From assembly GCA_046563655.1 (NCBI GenBank), contig CM102288.1, forward strand, positions 2,666,001 to 2,730,000: a DNA stretch of 64,000 bases, given 5' to 3'. The DNA comes from Yuukianura sp. NJ FZ-2021 (Eukaryota). The notes under the pieces are model-generated. The model was not told the DNA's origin and made no database searches. It saw nothing but the letters and a program-made list of their open reading frames with translations. The first letter of the stretch is position 1. Each line of letters begins with the position of its first letter. The position numbers and the translations under genes are program-made. Below are positions 48,351-60,217 of the stretch, in pieces.

Positions 48351-51224
48351 TTGTATGTCAGTCTTACTCCAACCGTATAAACAATTCACATCTCCCAGCA
48401 CAGCATCCGTACGATCATCCAAAAACTTTCATCCCCCAAAAATCCTTAGCGTGAGCCACCACATCAGAGAAGTGGGGGTAGTAGTGAGAGTCAAGCCTTC
48501 CAATCACCATCGCCTGTCACTTCTTCTGCGTCAAGCTACAAACGTTTAGTTATTCGAAGGTGAGCGGGTTTTGAAACTTCAAGCTTTTCCTTGTTTAAAA
48601 AAGTTGAAAATGTAGTTTAAAAAAATATTCCCAGTCAAGCGAAGATGCATCCAGGAAGATAAAACTGGACGCGATTCCATTTCGGATAAAAAACATACTT
48701 GCTCAATCTAGTTTGCGTTAGTTAGCATCATAGCGCATATCTGTGTTCAGTTCAAATTGAATGCAAAGATTTTCAAAAAGCAAAAGTTAACATTTTTTGG
48801 TTTTCACTTTGGAAATTTATTGGTGACTTTCAACAGTTCGTGTTTTGTGTTTGTGTCAACTGCTTCCGGATTTCATGCCCCAAATCTTTCGATTCTACAA
48901 AAAAATCGACGGCAAAGTTTCAAGTCATCTCTCTCGTGCAAAAAATTGAATTTTGCAAGGTCGCTTCCCAAATACTCCAATTCAACCCATTTTTGTGACA
49001 TTTTTTATCGAAAGTCAAAGTTTCGAAAATCCACGTCCAAAAATTATTGGCACACGTTTTATACTTCAAAATTTTGAAACAAGACACTAAAAAACTAAAT
49101 CTCAACGGAGTAACTCATGTGGTCCATTCCGCTCTGATTATCACAAGCACTAAAAAATCTTCTCTCTCTCCCTTCATCCCCGTGTAGGAAAAATTGAATT
49201 TAAAAATTCTCAACCCTGTACCAGTTTTACGTGTAAAGTGCTTCAGAAAAAAAAACTATTTCCAAGTGTTATTAAATTCTACTTTCAAGGTAACATGCTC
49301 ATTACTCAATCAGTTCAACTGACCCGTCAGAAAGTGAACATAGTGTGATGATGGGCGAAGAGGTCAGAGGTCACAGGCCATTTACTCACTAACTCATCAA
49401 TCAAAGCCAAGAATCCAAGGATTTCATCTACACGAAACCCAACAATTGTTCAATGCTCAACTTAACATTCCCTCAAGCGCCTATACGTCTGACAGCACCA
49501 TCATCATTGTTTGTTCCTCAAGAAAATCTTTTGTGGTTCGAAAAATCTCCTTTTGAAAAAATCTCTTTGTTGATTTTTGGATGCTGCTAAGAATTCTGGA
49601 CCATCTGCCTTGCCTTTGAAATTGTTGTGGAGATTACAATCTTTTGAATACTTATATATACGTGTATACGTGTATATTACGTGTTACGTGTATAATACGT
49701 GTTACGTGTTACATTTCAAGGGTAGAAGGGTACGTGTTGGACTTGGGAGTAGCATTATTAACAACCTTCACAAGGAAACACATTTTGGTTTCGGTTAGCC
49801 TCAGGGCTTTCCAAAATTTGAGGTAAGAATACAGCTATACGCAAGCTGAAAGTTTAATTACCAATAAAATTTACTGTACACACACAATTGATCTTTGGAT
49901 GAAGAAAAAAACAGAACCTGAAAGCCAAAAAAGTTGAAAACTTTCTTTCGAAGTCAAAATTTCCTTTTCATCTCAAAATTTCATGACAGTTGATTTGTAA
50001 AGTTGTACTTTACGACTTTTTTTGAATCATATTGATGTAACTAGAAAATGGTGTAACATAGTACTAGACATAGACATAACAATACATTGAAAATAATGAG
50101 ATCTGTAACAATGCTGGCTCATTTTATAACATGGCGAACATAATGAGCTGCTGTTCGGAAATACTTTGTAAAGTCAGCAACGGTTTATTATTAACAAGCT
50201 TTTACAAATGCTGCTATATGCACCGCTACTAAATTTAGCAATCAAGTTGCTATTACATTCACAGTGTCCAATTTTGTCAAATTTTGAGCAATTGAAGCCT
50301 AGAGCAAAAAATTGAAATTCCTTTGGTCTTTTTTCAATTCTGACAATCGATTCACAGTGGAGCTTCAGGGCTCGTTTCAAAACTTTTGTCAATAAAATTT
50401 GCTAACCAACCTCCCCGGAGTTTTGTTTGATTAGAAATTGTGTTGAAACTTAACAATAGTAGCAAACCAGCACGTATTTCTGAGTGAGTTAATGAAGCAA
50501 GCTTAGCAAATTGGAAAAAATGAAGTGAACAATTTACTAACTACTTAATAACTTATTATCAGTTACAATTTGCAACTCATGACGTTCAGTTTTTCTTTTT
50601 GGGTAAAAGTTGGTTAATGGGGGTTGAAAAAGATGAAAAGAGGGAGGGGGTGAGTTTTGTAAGTTTGAAAGAAAATTGAAATGGTGTTTTTTTTTTCTGT
50701 GTAAAAAGATAAATTTTTAGAAATTAATTTTGCTTGTAGGGTTTATGTTTCTGAAGGGCCATTAAGGGAGAAAGAGACTTAAGGCTCCTGCGTTTGAGCA
50801 CGCAGGATTTTTGATTGTTTGTAAGTTGAAATTACTTTTGAAACTTAATTGGAAGTGGGCACTGCAGGGGCACTTTGCAAAAAGAAACAATGACTTTTAG
50901 AATAATCACTTTGCATTGTTCCCTTGAGTCAATTGTCTTCCGACTTTACTCGTAACTTGTAGTCACTGACTTGCTTAAGTGTGAGAACTTAAATGATAAA
51001 TGATCAACACCTCAAAACCTACAAGAGAAACTTTTTAAAATGCTCATGATTTTAATTACTTTAAGAATTTTATGTGAATCTAATAATAATAAGTTGTGTC
51101 CAATGATAAAAATCGATGTAATAAGTTTTATGAAACCAAGAATTATCTAACTTTTGTTTACTTTTCTTTTAGGAAATCGAGATGAGTGTGTAAATATTCC
51201 GGCGTGAAGAGGTCAAAGGTCACA

Positions 51225-54200
51225 ATGGCCCCACCTTATGTAACGATCAGTTGGGTGGGTCTGACTGCATTGACGCCCCTGTCGGCCCTCATCATAGCAT
51301 GGACCCTCGTGTCAATACATCGCAAACGGACCAAATCAATTCTGCTGCTGGCCATCGTCTATGCGCAGTTGCTGTTCCAATTTGGACACTTTGCCTACTC
51401 GACCTTGACCTTGCTCAAGATGGAGGTCAACTATGCTACCCATTTTATATACGTATTCAACACTCTGCTCGTGTTCAAAAGTCTATCAGTCCTCTCCCTA
51501 CACTTGGAGCAGTTTTACAAAGTCAAGTAAGAGTCAAAAGTTTTGCAAAAATTTGAAAAAAAGTGACACAATTTACAAACTTTGAGTTTCAGAAAAGTTG
51601 GCTATAAAATGGGAAGAGATGAAATGGACAAAAATTCTGAGCGAAAACAATATACATTTTTAGACAAATTAGAAAGTGATCTCATTTTTTGAAAAACTGA
51701 TAGAATCCTTGATACTACGCTATTTGTTTTATTCCAAAATACGAAAAATGATGAACTGCATGTTCAATCGAGCAATGGAGGACAGACCTCGCTGGAATTC
51801 AAATTTTCAAAGTTCTCGTTGTAAAAAATTTGGAAAGTTTCTCCCAGTTTCGACGCGATATAAAATTTTAACTAATTCATCCTATTCATTTTGTAAGTTC
51901 TCCTCATATTTGAAATTGTTAATTTTTCATGTGGCGTCAAACTTATTCTTAATTTATTCCCGTCAATTTGATCACTTGAATTTTAATTAAATTTTGAAAA
52001 TGGCAGCTTTCTTCTGGGAAGTTAGCACATTTTCAACTCAAACTTCAAAACAACTTTTTAAATTCATAGCGTCGAGTCCAGAATTTAGCAAGAGGCAAAA
52101 ACAGTTTACTTTTTTAGCGTGTTTACTGAATCAAAAAGACACCTTATTCAAAAAAATAACTTTCAAAATGAACAAATCAATTAGCAGGTACAGAAAATTA
52201 GACATATCCAACATGGTATTTTTTAAACAAATGAAAAGTTTCGTCGATTTGACTCCAAGTTAAAAAATTTATAAAACGTTTTGTGAATTTTGAAGCTGAA
52301 AAAGTAGGTCGTTTTTGCTCTGCGGTGTTATTACTAATCCGAAATACTACTTCAACTCTGAAAAAATAACCTTCAAAATTTTCGATATCATAATTATAAT
52401 ACTAAATTAAGTTCGACAAAATTAAAATTTTGATTTTGTTTGCAGATCCCCTTCCAACTACCTTCTGAACATAAATTCAAGTTTACTCAAGTACCATTTG
52501 CTGGTAGTTTTCCTTCTGAGTCTGATGGGATCCTATTTGTTGGGTGGGGCCGAACTGGTCCCACCATTGACCCCGTCCCACCGCTTCGTCCTTGCCGCCT
52601 ACGTCACCTTCCACACGGTCACAATTGTGCTTAGCCTCTTTTTCCTTGGACTCAAAGGCCTCCTCAGAACACAAACCCTAGATGTCAATGTCATCATTGG
52701 CACAAATTCAACCAGTTCATCTGCAAATCTCTTCGGAATTGGCAATGCAAGTGGAAGCAGTGGACGACGACAGGGGATTGCAGCCTCTGGAGTCGGAGCC
52801 ATCAATTTGCTCATCAACTCTTCATTATTAGTAAGATTTTGGAAACAAAAATCAAAATTTTGACATTAAATTTTCAAATTCAATTTCAGATGTGTACATT
52901 TTGGAAGTTTTGGCTTCCGCCAACATGGCCGCTGATCAACGTCATTCTGTGGGCTCAAGTAGCAGAGTCTCTGCTCACTCCAGCCTTATATTGGTCAGTT
53001 CAAGGTCACCGGAAAAGACAAGGGTCAAGTGAAGGCCAAAGTTCCGGAGCACGACGCCTTCCGAAACAGATCCGAAACCATGCCGAACCGTCGTACCGCC
53101 AATCCCTTACCAGTGGCAGTCTGTGCTTCAACAATGGAGAGTTCCAGTACTTTGCTGGAGGAAAGCATTCAAGCAACAGCCGAGGTTTAGGTAAAGCTGA
53201 CCAAAAGTTATTCGCTAAATCAATGTCAAATTTCTACAAAAAAAATGCAATTTTATCAAAATTCTTTTGCAATTTTCCAAAAACGGGTTCTAATTTCGGA
53301 TGTTTCTTACTGCAAGTTCAAACGTTCGAAATGGCCATAAAGACATGGTTGAATCGCCATGAATCACCTTCTGCTTCATTAACTCCTTATGTCTTTTTTT
53401 CATTGTAGAAGGTGTTTTCAACAATGGGTTGTCATCAGAGTACAACACATACGACTCCTCCTTTCATCAGGTACTTAAAACACTCCATATTTCACACCTC
53501 AAAACACGCCAAAAGAAAAGTATTTCCTTAAAAAGTACGCGTCTTAGGCTAAAGACCTTCAAAATTTACTCGTCTGGCTTCAGCAAAACGTTCAGGAGAC
53601 AAAAACGCCCAACCTGTTTCAAAAATTTATCCAAATCAAACTCGCAATTTTAACGAAAATCTTAAAAGCATTTCCAAATTTTGATGAAAAAGTGGACTAA
53701 CCTCAACTGTTTTGTTGTATTCCATGAGAGTGGCCAGCATCATTAAGATTTCCAAGTAACTCGACTGAATTTCGGTAAAAATGCACACAGAATGACCGGT
53801 GACCAGAATTTTTGCCTCAAGGGGAGATCTGTAAAATGTTTGATAATTGAAAAAAGAATTAAAGCGAAGGACGTTGATACATGGACAAGAGATATGGTTA
53901 AAGTAATTAAAAATTGAAGTGGGAGTCCATACAAGGATTTCCTGCTCCGAGGAATGTTAGGGGCGTGGGGGCATCTTCTGAAGATGAGCTACGGTTCAGC
54001 ATAAGTTGAAGAGGACAAAGGTGATTCTTTAGCTTTGTAAACGGTATTATCCGCCTGAATGATTTCTTCGTGTCTTCTTTTTCGTAAACCATACGTAGCT
54101 TAAAGTAGAAGATTCTTCGGCTAATCTGATGAGCTTCACTCAAGTTAATCATGACTTCATCTCTGGTTTAGAGGTCCATAACAAATGATTGTTGTTGCAA

Positions 54201-54912
54201 ATTGAAAATCTCTCCATCACCCTTGAAAGATCCGTCTTCATGAACTCATAACACACCTCTTTCATAATTGGAATTGAACAGTCGAGGTCGCAATTATGTT
54301 GTAAAGTGTTCTGTAAAGTCATAAGAAGGAAAGACGTCAATTTTTGCATTTTTTTTTTCAAAAAATTAAAATTTTGATTTGTACCTGCAGGCTCAGAGCT
54401 ATACGGACTCCCTTCGATGTGCCAGCGTCACTACAGTTGCGAATGACGATTTTGAATTTTTACCAAGAGGTCACTTCCAGGCCCATCCAACACCAGCTCC
54501 TGTTCCATTCCACTACGAAACTGTAACTATCAACAAAAATAGCAAACCAAGTCCAACGAATTCTCAGACCAAGGTCAAAGATGGGTCAAATGAGAAGCGC
54601 AAAGTTGGCAGTACGCGGATCAAGGGTGACAAGGTCACGGCGTCTCTGTCTATGAATGACCTTGACAGAATTGAGTCTCGCGAATCGTCTCCATCGTCGA
54701 CTTCCACAGCTGAGTCTGGGGTTAATGACTCAGATCATGGGAAATACAAGTACAAGAAAAATGGAGGACGAATTAAGAAGCGATTTACAAACAAAGGTCT
54801 CACAAGACGCGTTCTCAGTTTGGAATCGCTGCATTCAACAGTAAATGAGTCTACTTTAGCGTATTTAGATACGGGCGAAAGGGTTATTGTATTTACTACA
54901 GATTTTATCTAA
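51225..54912 (+). CDS. Orphan seven-transmembrane receptor, GPR153/GPR162-like, ~523 aa. Exons 51225-51526, 52446-52830, 52890-53190, 53409-53470, 54391-54912
   Basis: Seven hydrophobic segments after an almost absent N-terminus, then a long S/K-rich tail ending VFTTDFI. TM1 LSALIIAWTLVSI, TM3 VFNTLLVFKSLSVLSLHLEQFY and TM7 ILWAQVAESLLTPALYW resemble GPR153/162 by eye (not searched). Junctions are in phase. Confidence 0.8.
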
Positions 54913-55146
54913 GGGTTTAACTCAATTATTGTTAAGAGAAACTGTTAAGGGAGCTAAGATGTAATGTAATTTAAAGTTAACTGTAATTGACAATAAAGAA
55001 TGCAGACATGAAATGCAAAACCATTCAGTATTGAGTCTGGAATGTCTAACAATTGCTTCCGGTATCAAAAATAGTGAATTTCGGATTAAAAATGGAAAAA
55101 CAAACCGATTCATACATTATGACGGTTGTTCTTATTCAGGAATGGC

Positions 55147-55833
55147 TTACGTGAGGTTGGAACAAGTATAAAAGTAGTAGTGAAAAAAATCGCCAAAAGT
55201 TAAGACCTGAATGGAAGACCAGTATTTAGAATATTGTTGCTTTCGAAAGTAGGGTTCTGCAAAAGTAATGGAAATGAAACGACCAGTATCCGGCTTCAGA
55301 ACTCGAGCGATTGATCTTAGCGTGTTGTCTACATCCTCCTGCGCTTGGGGACTTAAAGTCCACACTGATTTCTCCCCAGTGAAGAGAACATCCAGAGTTC
55401 CTTTCTCAATGACAATGTCAAATTGACCTGGAGGGAAGTCCAAGTTCCGCATGTCCATCTCAACGTATTCCATAAGCGCCCCATGCTGCTTTTTCATCTT
55501 GTCAATAACAACTGCAGAATAGTCTATGTTCGTAATATGACTGAATCCGTCATTGTAAAGATCCAAGGAAAGGTTGCTGTTGCCACATCCTAAGCAATGT
55601 CAAATGAAAAGATGTCACTCAAGGGAGGAATTCAACATTCGATATAATTAGTTATCAATTTATTTTTGCTTACCGATTACGAGAATGCGAGAGTTCTTGG
55701 AAGGTACTGCTGAGTCGAACAAAGTTTTGAAAGCGCTGTAGTCCTTGCACCATTCGTAAGATTCTTCATCCTTATACCTCTGGTCCCAGTATTCCACATC
55801 CTTGTAGTTCTCATTCTTGTCCGGTAAACTCAT
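55147..55833 (-). CDS. EEF1AKMT4: EEF1A lysine methyltransferase 4-like (ECE2 N-terminal methyltransferase family), 200 aa. Exons 55833-55674, 55589-55147
   Basis: MSLPDKNENYKDVEYWDQRY...YEW, motif I ILVIGCGNSNLS, ITNIDYSAVVI, MDMRNLDFPPGQFDIVIEKGTLD, RVLKPDTGRFISITFAEPYFRK, FGDFFHYYFY. Confidence 0.93.
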
Positions 55834-55899
55834 TAATTATAATTTAAACTGAACTTAAAACTATGAATTAAAATTAAATAAGAAAACAAAAACTAATTC

Positions 55900-55955
55900 A
55901 TGAGAAGAATCACATCCACAACAGCTGTGAGAAGAATCACATCCACAACAGCTGT
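55900..55955. repeat. Tandem duplication of the 27-mer TGAGAAGAATCACATCCACAACAGCTG just upstream of the methyltransferase ATG
   Basis: Two adjacent identical copies read directly. Confidence 0.9.
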
Positions 55956-56619
55956 AGAAATTTCAACAATCAAATCACATGATGAAGAGAACTCGAAAAA
56001 GCCAAAACGCGGGAAGAATTTCACGATAGTTGCACAAAAAGTTAAGCTTTACTTTCAGACAGAGATGCCCACCGCGCACTATACTAGTCGAACAAAAAGA
56101 TTTTGTTTGTTGGTAATGTAGATGTTTATTCTGTCATCATTGTTGTGTTAGTATAATAAGGAACCATATTGGCAAAAAATGTAGTACTTAACTTTGCTTA
56201 ATATTTTAATAAATAGTTGGCGATAAGTGAGGTTGAAGTAGATGTTTGTAACTTTTTGTCGTACTATTGAAAAACGCCCGAACGGAATGGCAATTGCAAT
56301 TGCTGACAGTTACAAATTGACAAAAAAACGTTGCAAAACCTGGTTTGGGAAAATGCAAAATGGAAAATTAGAAGGATTTTCCCAACTGGCATGGCATTTG
56401 TACTATAGTATACTTCTAGTAAGTGTCCAATTTCGCAAGTTTTTGAAATAAAGTGGCTTAAATTCGCACACCTCCCGAATTCGCAAGCCAGTTACCATTT
56501 TAATTTAAGTTTTGATCTTTTCGGGCCACTTCACTTGCGCTTCATCGGCTACCGTGGCTGGAGCTGAGGATTGAGAGCCTAGGGAGTGACAGCGATCACT
56601 ACAGTACAGTACAGTACAG

Positions 56620-56692
56620 TTCATTCGTAACGCGTGACTCACTTGCATTCCGAAATCGTGCAACGGAGGGACCAACCTCTCGGTGGCGTGTG
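56620..56692 (+). promoter_or_regulatory. Probable initiator and first non-coding exon of the ceramide synthase gene
   Basis: Inr-like TCATTC at 56620 after (ACAGT)4, donor G|GTGAGT at ~56693, and further acceptors at 56795 and 57005 before the ATG at 57096. Divergent from the methyltransferase gene. Confidence 0.5.
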
Positions 56693-57095
56693 GTGAGTAA
56701 TTAGGATAGATAAAGATAACGGTCTATCATGTCTATGTATTACGCATAAAGTCATTAAGCTCATCATCATTTCATCGGTTCTTTCTGTTTCTCCAGCTGA
56801 CGTTCACATTGGGGGGCTCATTCGGTGACATTGACAAACTGGTAAAGATTCCTTAATTGTTAAAGTGTTCGCCTGGTTCAGAGGCCTTGAACTGATTCCG
56901 GTTTAACCTTAATGTTCTCCAATATTCAGCCTTCAGAGTCCTTGCTTCTCCTTCTGAGTTCTGATTTTATTCGAGGCTAATTCTGAATTGTATTTACTTA
57001 TTTAGGCGTATCCGCGTATCATCTAACTTTTCCGGGTATTCTCTGATTCATACTAAAAGTGACTGCTGCTTGTCTTAAAAGTTCGCTAAAATACA

Positions 57096-58671
57096 ATGGC
57101 ATTCTTCGTGGATACCTGGCAATCGTTGCATCAGTGGTTTTGGAATTCGGATGTGTGGCTTCCTCCAGGCTTCGACTGGGAGGATATGAAGAAGAATGAA
57201 AAAGTCAAATATGCCGAATTTGGGGATTTAATTTACCCGATTCCTGTCGCACTTGGTCTCATCCTTATTAGATTTATAGTGGAAAGGTAAGTTGGACAGA
57301 CACTTTAAACCCATTATTTCAGTTTATTAATTCTGCTTTCTTTTTCCAGAGCAATTCTTTATCCATTTGGTGTCCATTTGGGGATCAAGAATAGGCCCAA
57401 ACCAAGGGTTAAACCGAATCCTATTTTAGAAGCAGCATATCGGAAGAACCGGAAAGCCATCTTTAGCCACAAGCATTTAGAAGTATTGGCTAAAAAGACG
57501 GAATTGGAAGTTCGCCAAGTTGAACGATGGATGAGACGCAGACTCAACCGAGACAAACCAACCGTTCTTACAAAATTCTCCGAATCTGGGTAAGTGGTTT
57601 ACGGAAAACGAATATAACTTTATAAGATAACTTTGAGGACGAGATGAGATGACGAGAAACAGACAGACATCACGACACCAAATGTTTTATGCAAAATATT
57701 TTTCAGGTGGAAATTTTTGTTCTACGCCGGTAACCTCTTATTCGGCTTGTTCATCCTTTGGGACAAATCATGGTTTTGGGATATCAACTACTGCTGGTAC
57801 GATTTCCCACATCACGTAAGTTTTACTAGACCTCAAGGACTTATTATACCTCTCGAAACAGAATCTTACTAACTTTTCTTCAATTTCCAGAGTGTGACCC
57901 CAGACATTTGGTGGTACTACATGTTGGGATCTGGCTTCTACTGGTCACTCATGTTTTCTCAGTTTGTTGATCGTCAGCGAAAGGATTTTTGGCAAATGTT
58001 TGTTCATCACTGTACCACTATCGCTCTTCTTGGATTCAGCTGGACTTGCAACTTTACTCGTGTTGGAACTTTAGTGTTGATTCTACACGACTCTGCAGAT
58101 GCCTTCCTAGAGGTTACAGTTTGACCTTTATATCAGTTCCATTTTAGTGCAACATAGACGCTTTTGTTTGCAACCATCACAATTTTTAATTTCACCTTCA
58201 CCTTCCAGGTAGCGAAGATGTCAAAGTACGCAAACCTTGACCGAGTTTGCGACATTCTCTTTGGCCTTTTCACAATCGTTTGGATCGTCACACGACTGGG
58301 AATCTTTCCAGCTTACATCTTGAACAGGTTTGTTTCTGAATGTTACAAAAAACTCACCGTGTCCCGTGTACTGTTTTGCAAAATACAAAATAAAACAAAA
58401 ATTTTTTAGCACATTGATCGAGGCCCCGAAGATTGTTCCAATGTTCTCTGCCTACTACATCTTTAACGCAATGCTGTCCATTCTTCTTGTGCTACATGGC
58501 TTCTGGACGTACTTCATCTGTAAGGTAGCTTTCAAGGCACTTTCCACTGGAAAACTCGAGAATGACCAGCGAAGTTCTTCCGAAGCAGTCACAATGTCTG
58601 AATGGGACAGCAAGGAAGACGTCATGGAGGACCCCATTGCCTCTCCTAAGATCAAAAACAAATCACACTAA
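57096..58671 (+). CDS. schlank: Ceramide synthase with homeodomain-like region (schlank / CerS5-6 type), 380 aa. Exons 57096-57286, 57350-57589, 57707-57815, 57891-58112, 58209-58327, 58410-58671
   Basis: [14 protein letters not shown], Hox-like [27 protein letters not shown], Lag1p motif [22 protein letters not shown]...[23 protein letters not shown]-terminal DQRSSSE. Confidence 0.97.
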
Positions 58672-59480
58672 GAAAAGTCTTCACCGTACACATTCTCGAT
58701 TTCCAGCGCAGTTCAATTCAGCGAGCTTCGTATCGAACACATTTCGCCGTTCCTCATCCATCTACTTTTTTATTGTTTGCCTTTTACCATGCGAGCCCAG
58801 CCGAACCTATAGAGAAACGCGTAGAAGTTAGAAATCGATTTGTAAACACCAATTTTAGAGATTATGCTAGTTTTAGAAGACTTGAGTTGAGTAATAGACT
58901 TTAGACTAGCCTACAGTTGGAAATTAATCAGTGGATTCCAAATATGCTTCGATTCAATTTTACCTGTTACTATTCCATTTATGATCATATTTGATATTTG
59001 ATACAATCATATTCATATATTCCTTAGAAAGTCCTCCATCAGAAATACTTAATTACCAGGAGGATGGAATTGATGCTTCCTTGTCATATTGTCGATGTCA
59101 GAGTCTTTATGAGGATTACTTTAAATACTTAATGAAATTCTACTTGAGGTAACCTCTTGCCATTGTATTCTTACATCCCACCTCTCAAATAAAATGCTTT
59201 TTAAAATCACTGTTTTTGCAAATCTGCAATGGAGATGGTACTGGGTACACTGATGTGCGCGTAACCGTAAGTCAACCAATGCTTAAGTAATCATTTTCAA
59301 CTGTTGTTAAAAGATACCTGAATGGGATTCACCAATCGTCAATCTTAGTTTTCAATCAGAAATTTTCAAATTTTAGAAAATTTTGAGAATAAACAAACGA
59401 ATTACAAAAAACTATAGTATAGTAATAAACTTATTGTTAATTAGTAACTATGCGGTTTCGGAACGCTTTCCCACTAGCCT

Positions 59481-59876
59481 ATGGGTTCGATACATGATAC
59501 AGATACTACAGATGATGATGAGAGTAGGCGCATGTCTTTCATACGAGAAAAAAAAAGTAAGGAGAGGAATTTTGCAATTTTACCGTTGGGATTTCACTTT
59601 AATAATTTTTTATCCTTGACTTGTTTCGTTTCCTCCTCACTTTCCTACTTTTTCTTCTTTTTTCACATTTACCTTTACCGTCGCCTTCGCAATATCGCAA
59701 TTAACTTAACTAACTACGGTGGTCGACTAATAGAAGTCGTAGCTAAGAAGCAAAATCAAAACGATCCTGACAGGAAGACAGGATCATCCTATCACCGACC
59801 ATCGACCATAAATTCCTTGGAGCAAAGTGTTTTGCCGAAATACTGCCGGGATCTCTTCTCTGGAATCTGGATGTAG
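59481..59876 (+). CDS. Candidate small orphan protein, 72 aa if spliced (59481-59556 + 59734-59876) or 131 aa if unspliced
   Basis: MGSIHDTDTTDDDESRRMSFIREKK with donor A|GTAAGG joins in phase to KVVAKKQNQNDPDRK...DLFSGIWM*. There is an acceptor at 59477 and an upstream donor GTAAGT at 59267. No homology recognised. Confidence 0.35.
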   Translation: MGSIHDTDTTDDDESRRMSFIREKKSKERNFAILPLGFHFNNFLSLTCFVSSSLSYFFFFFHIYLYRRLRNIAINLTNYGGRLIEVVAKKQNQNDPDRKTGSSYHRPSTINSLEQSVLPKYCRDLFSGIWM

Positions 59877-60217
59877 AGATGTAATGGAAAGCTGAACGGG
59901 TACTGAACGGTTCTAGATTATTAGATTAAAATCAATCGGCAATAACAACTAACTTATCCGTATCTCTCCTTCACGCCTGGATTATCTACATTAAGTTACA
60001 AGGCCGCAAGTGTTCCAGTATCAAAATCAAACCATACATAGCAAGCAGCTGATTCACTGAGGGAATTGCGTAAGCATCTACTACTAAGTTCATTTGTTAC
60101 AATACAAACAATACGACACAACTGCTGTTGAATAGATTTAACTGTGCTGCGACGTTATAATCGTCCCTGCTGACAGAGGCTGAAACTTAAGTGCTTTTGT
60201 ATTTGTAGGTTGTTAGC

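Noticed and set aside
53743..54361. Three short minus-strand ORFs inside the GPCR intron as a nested gene
   Set aside because: They are in different frames with no consistent splice path or recognisable domain. A decayed insertion cannot be excluded.
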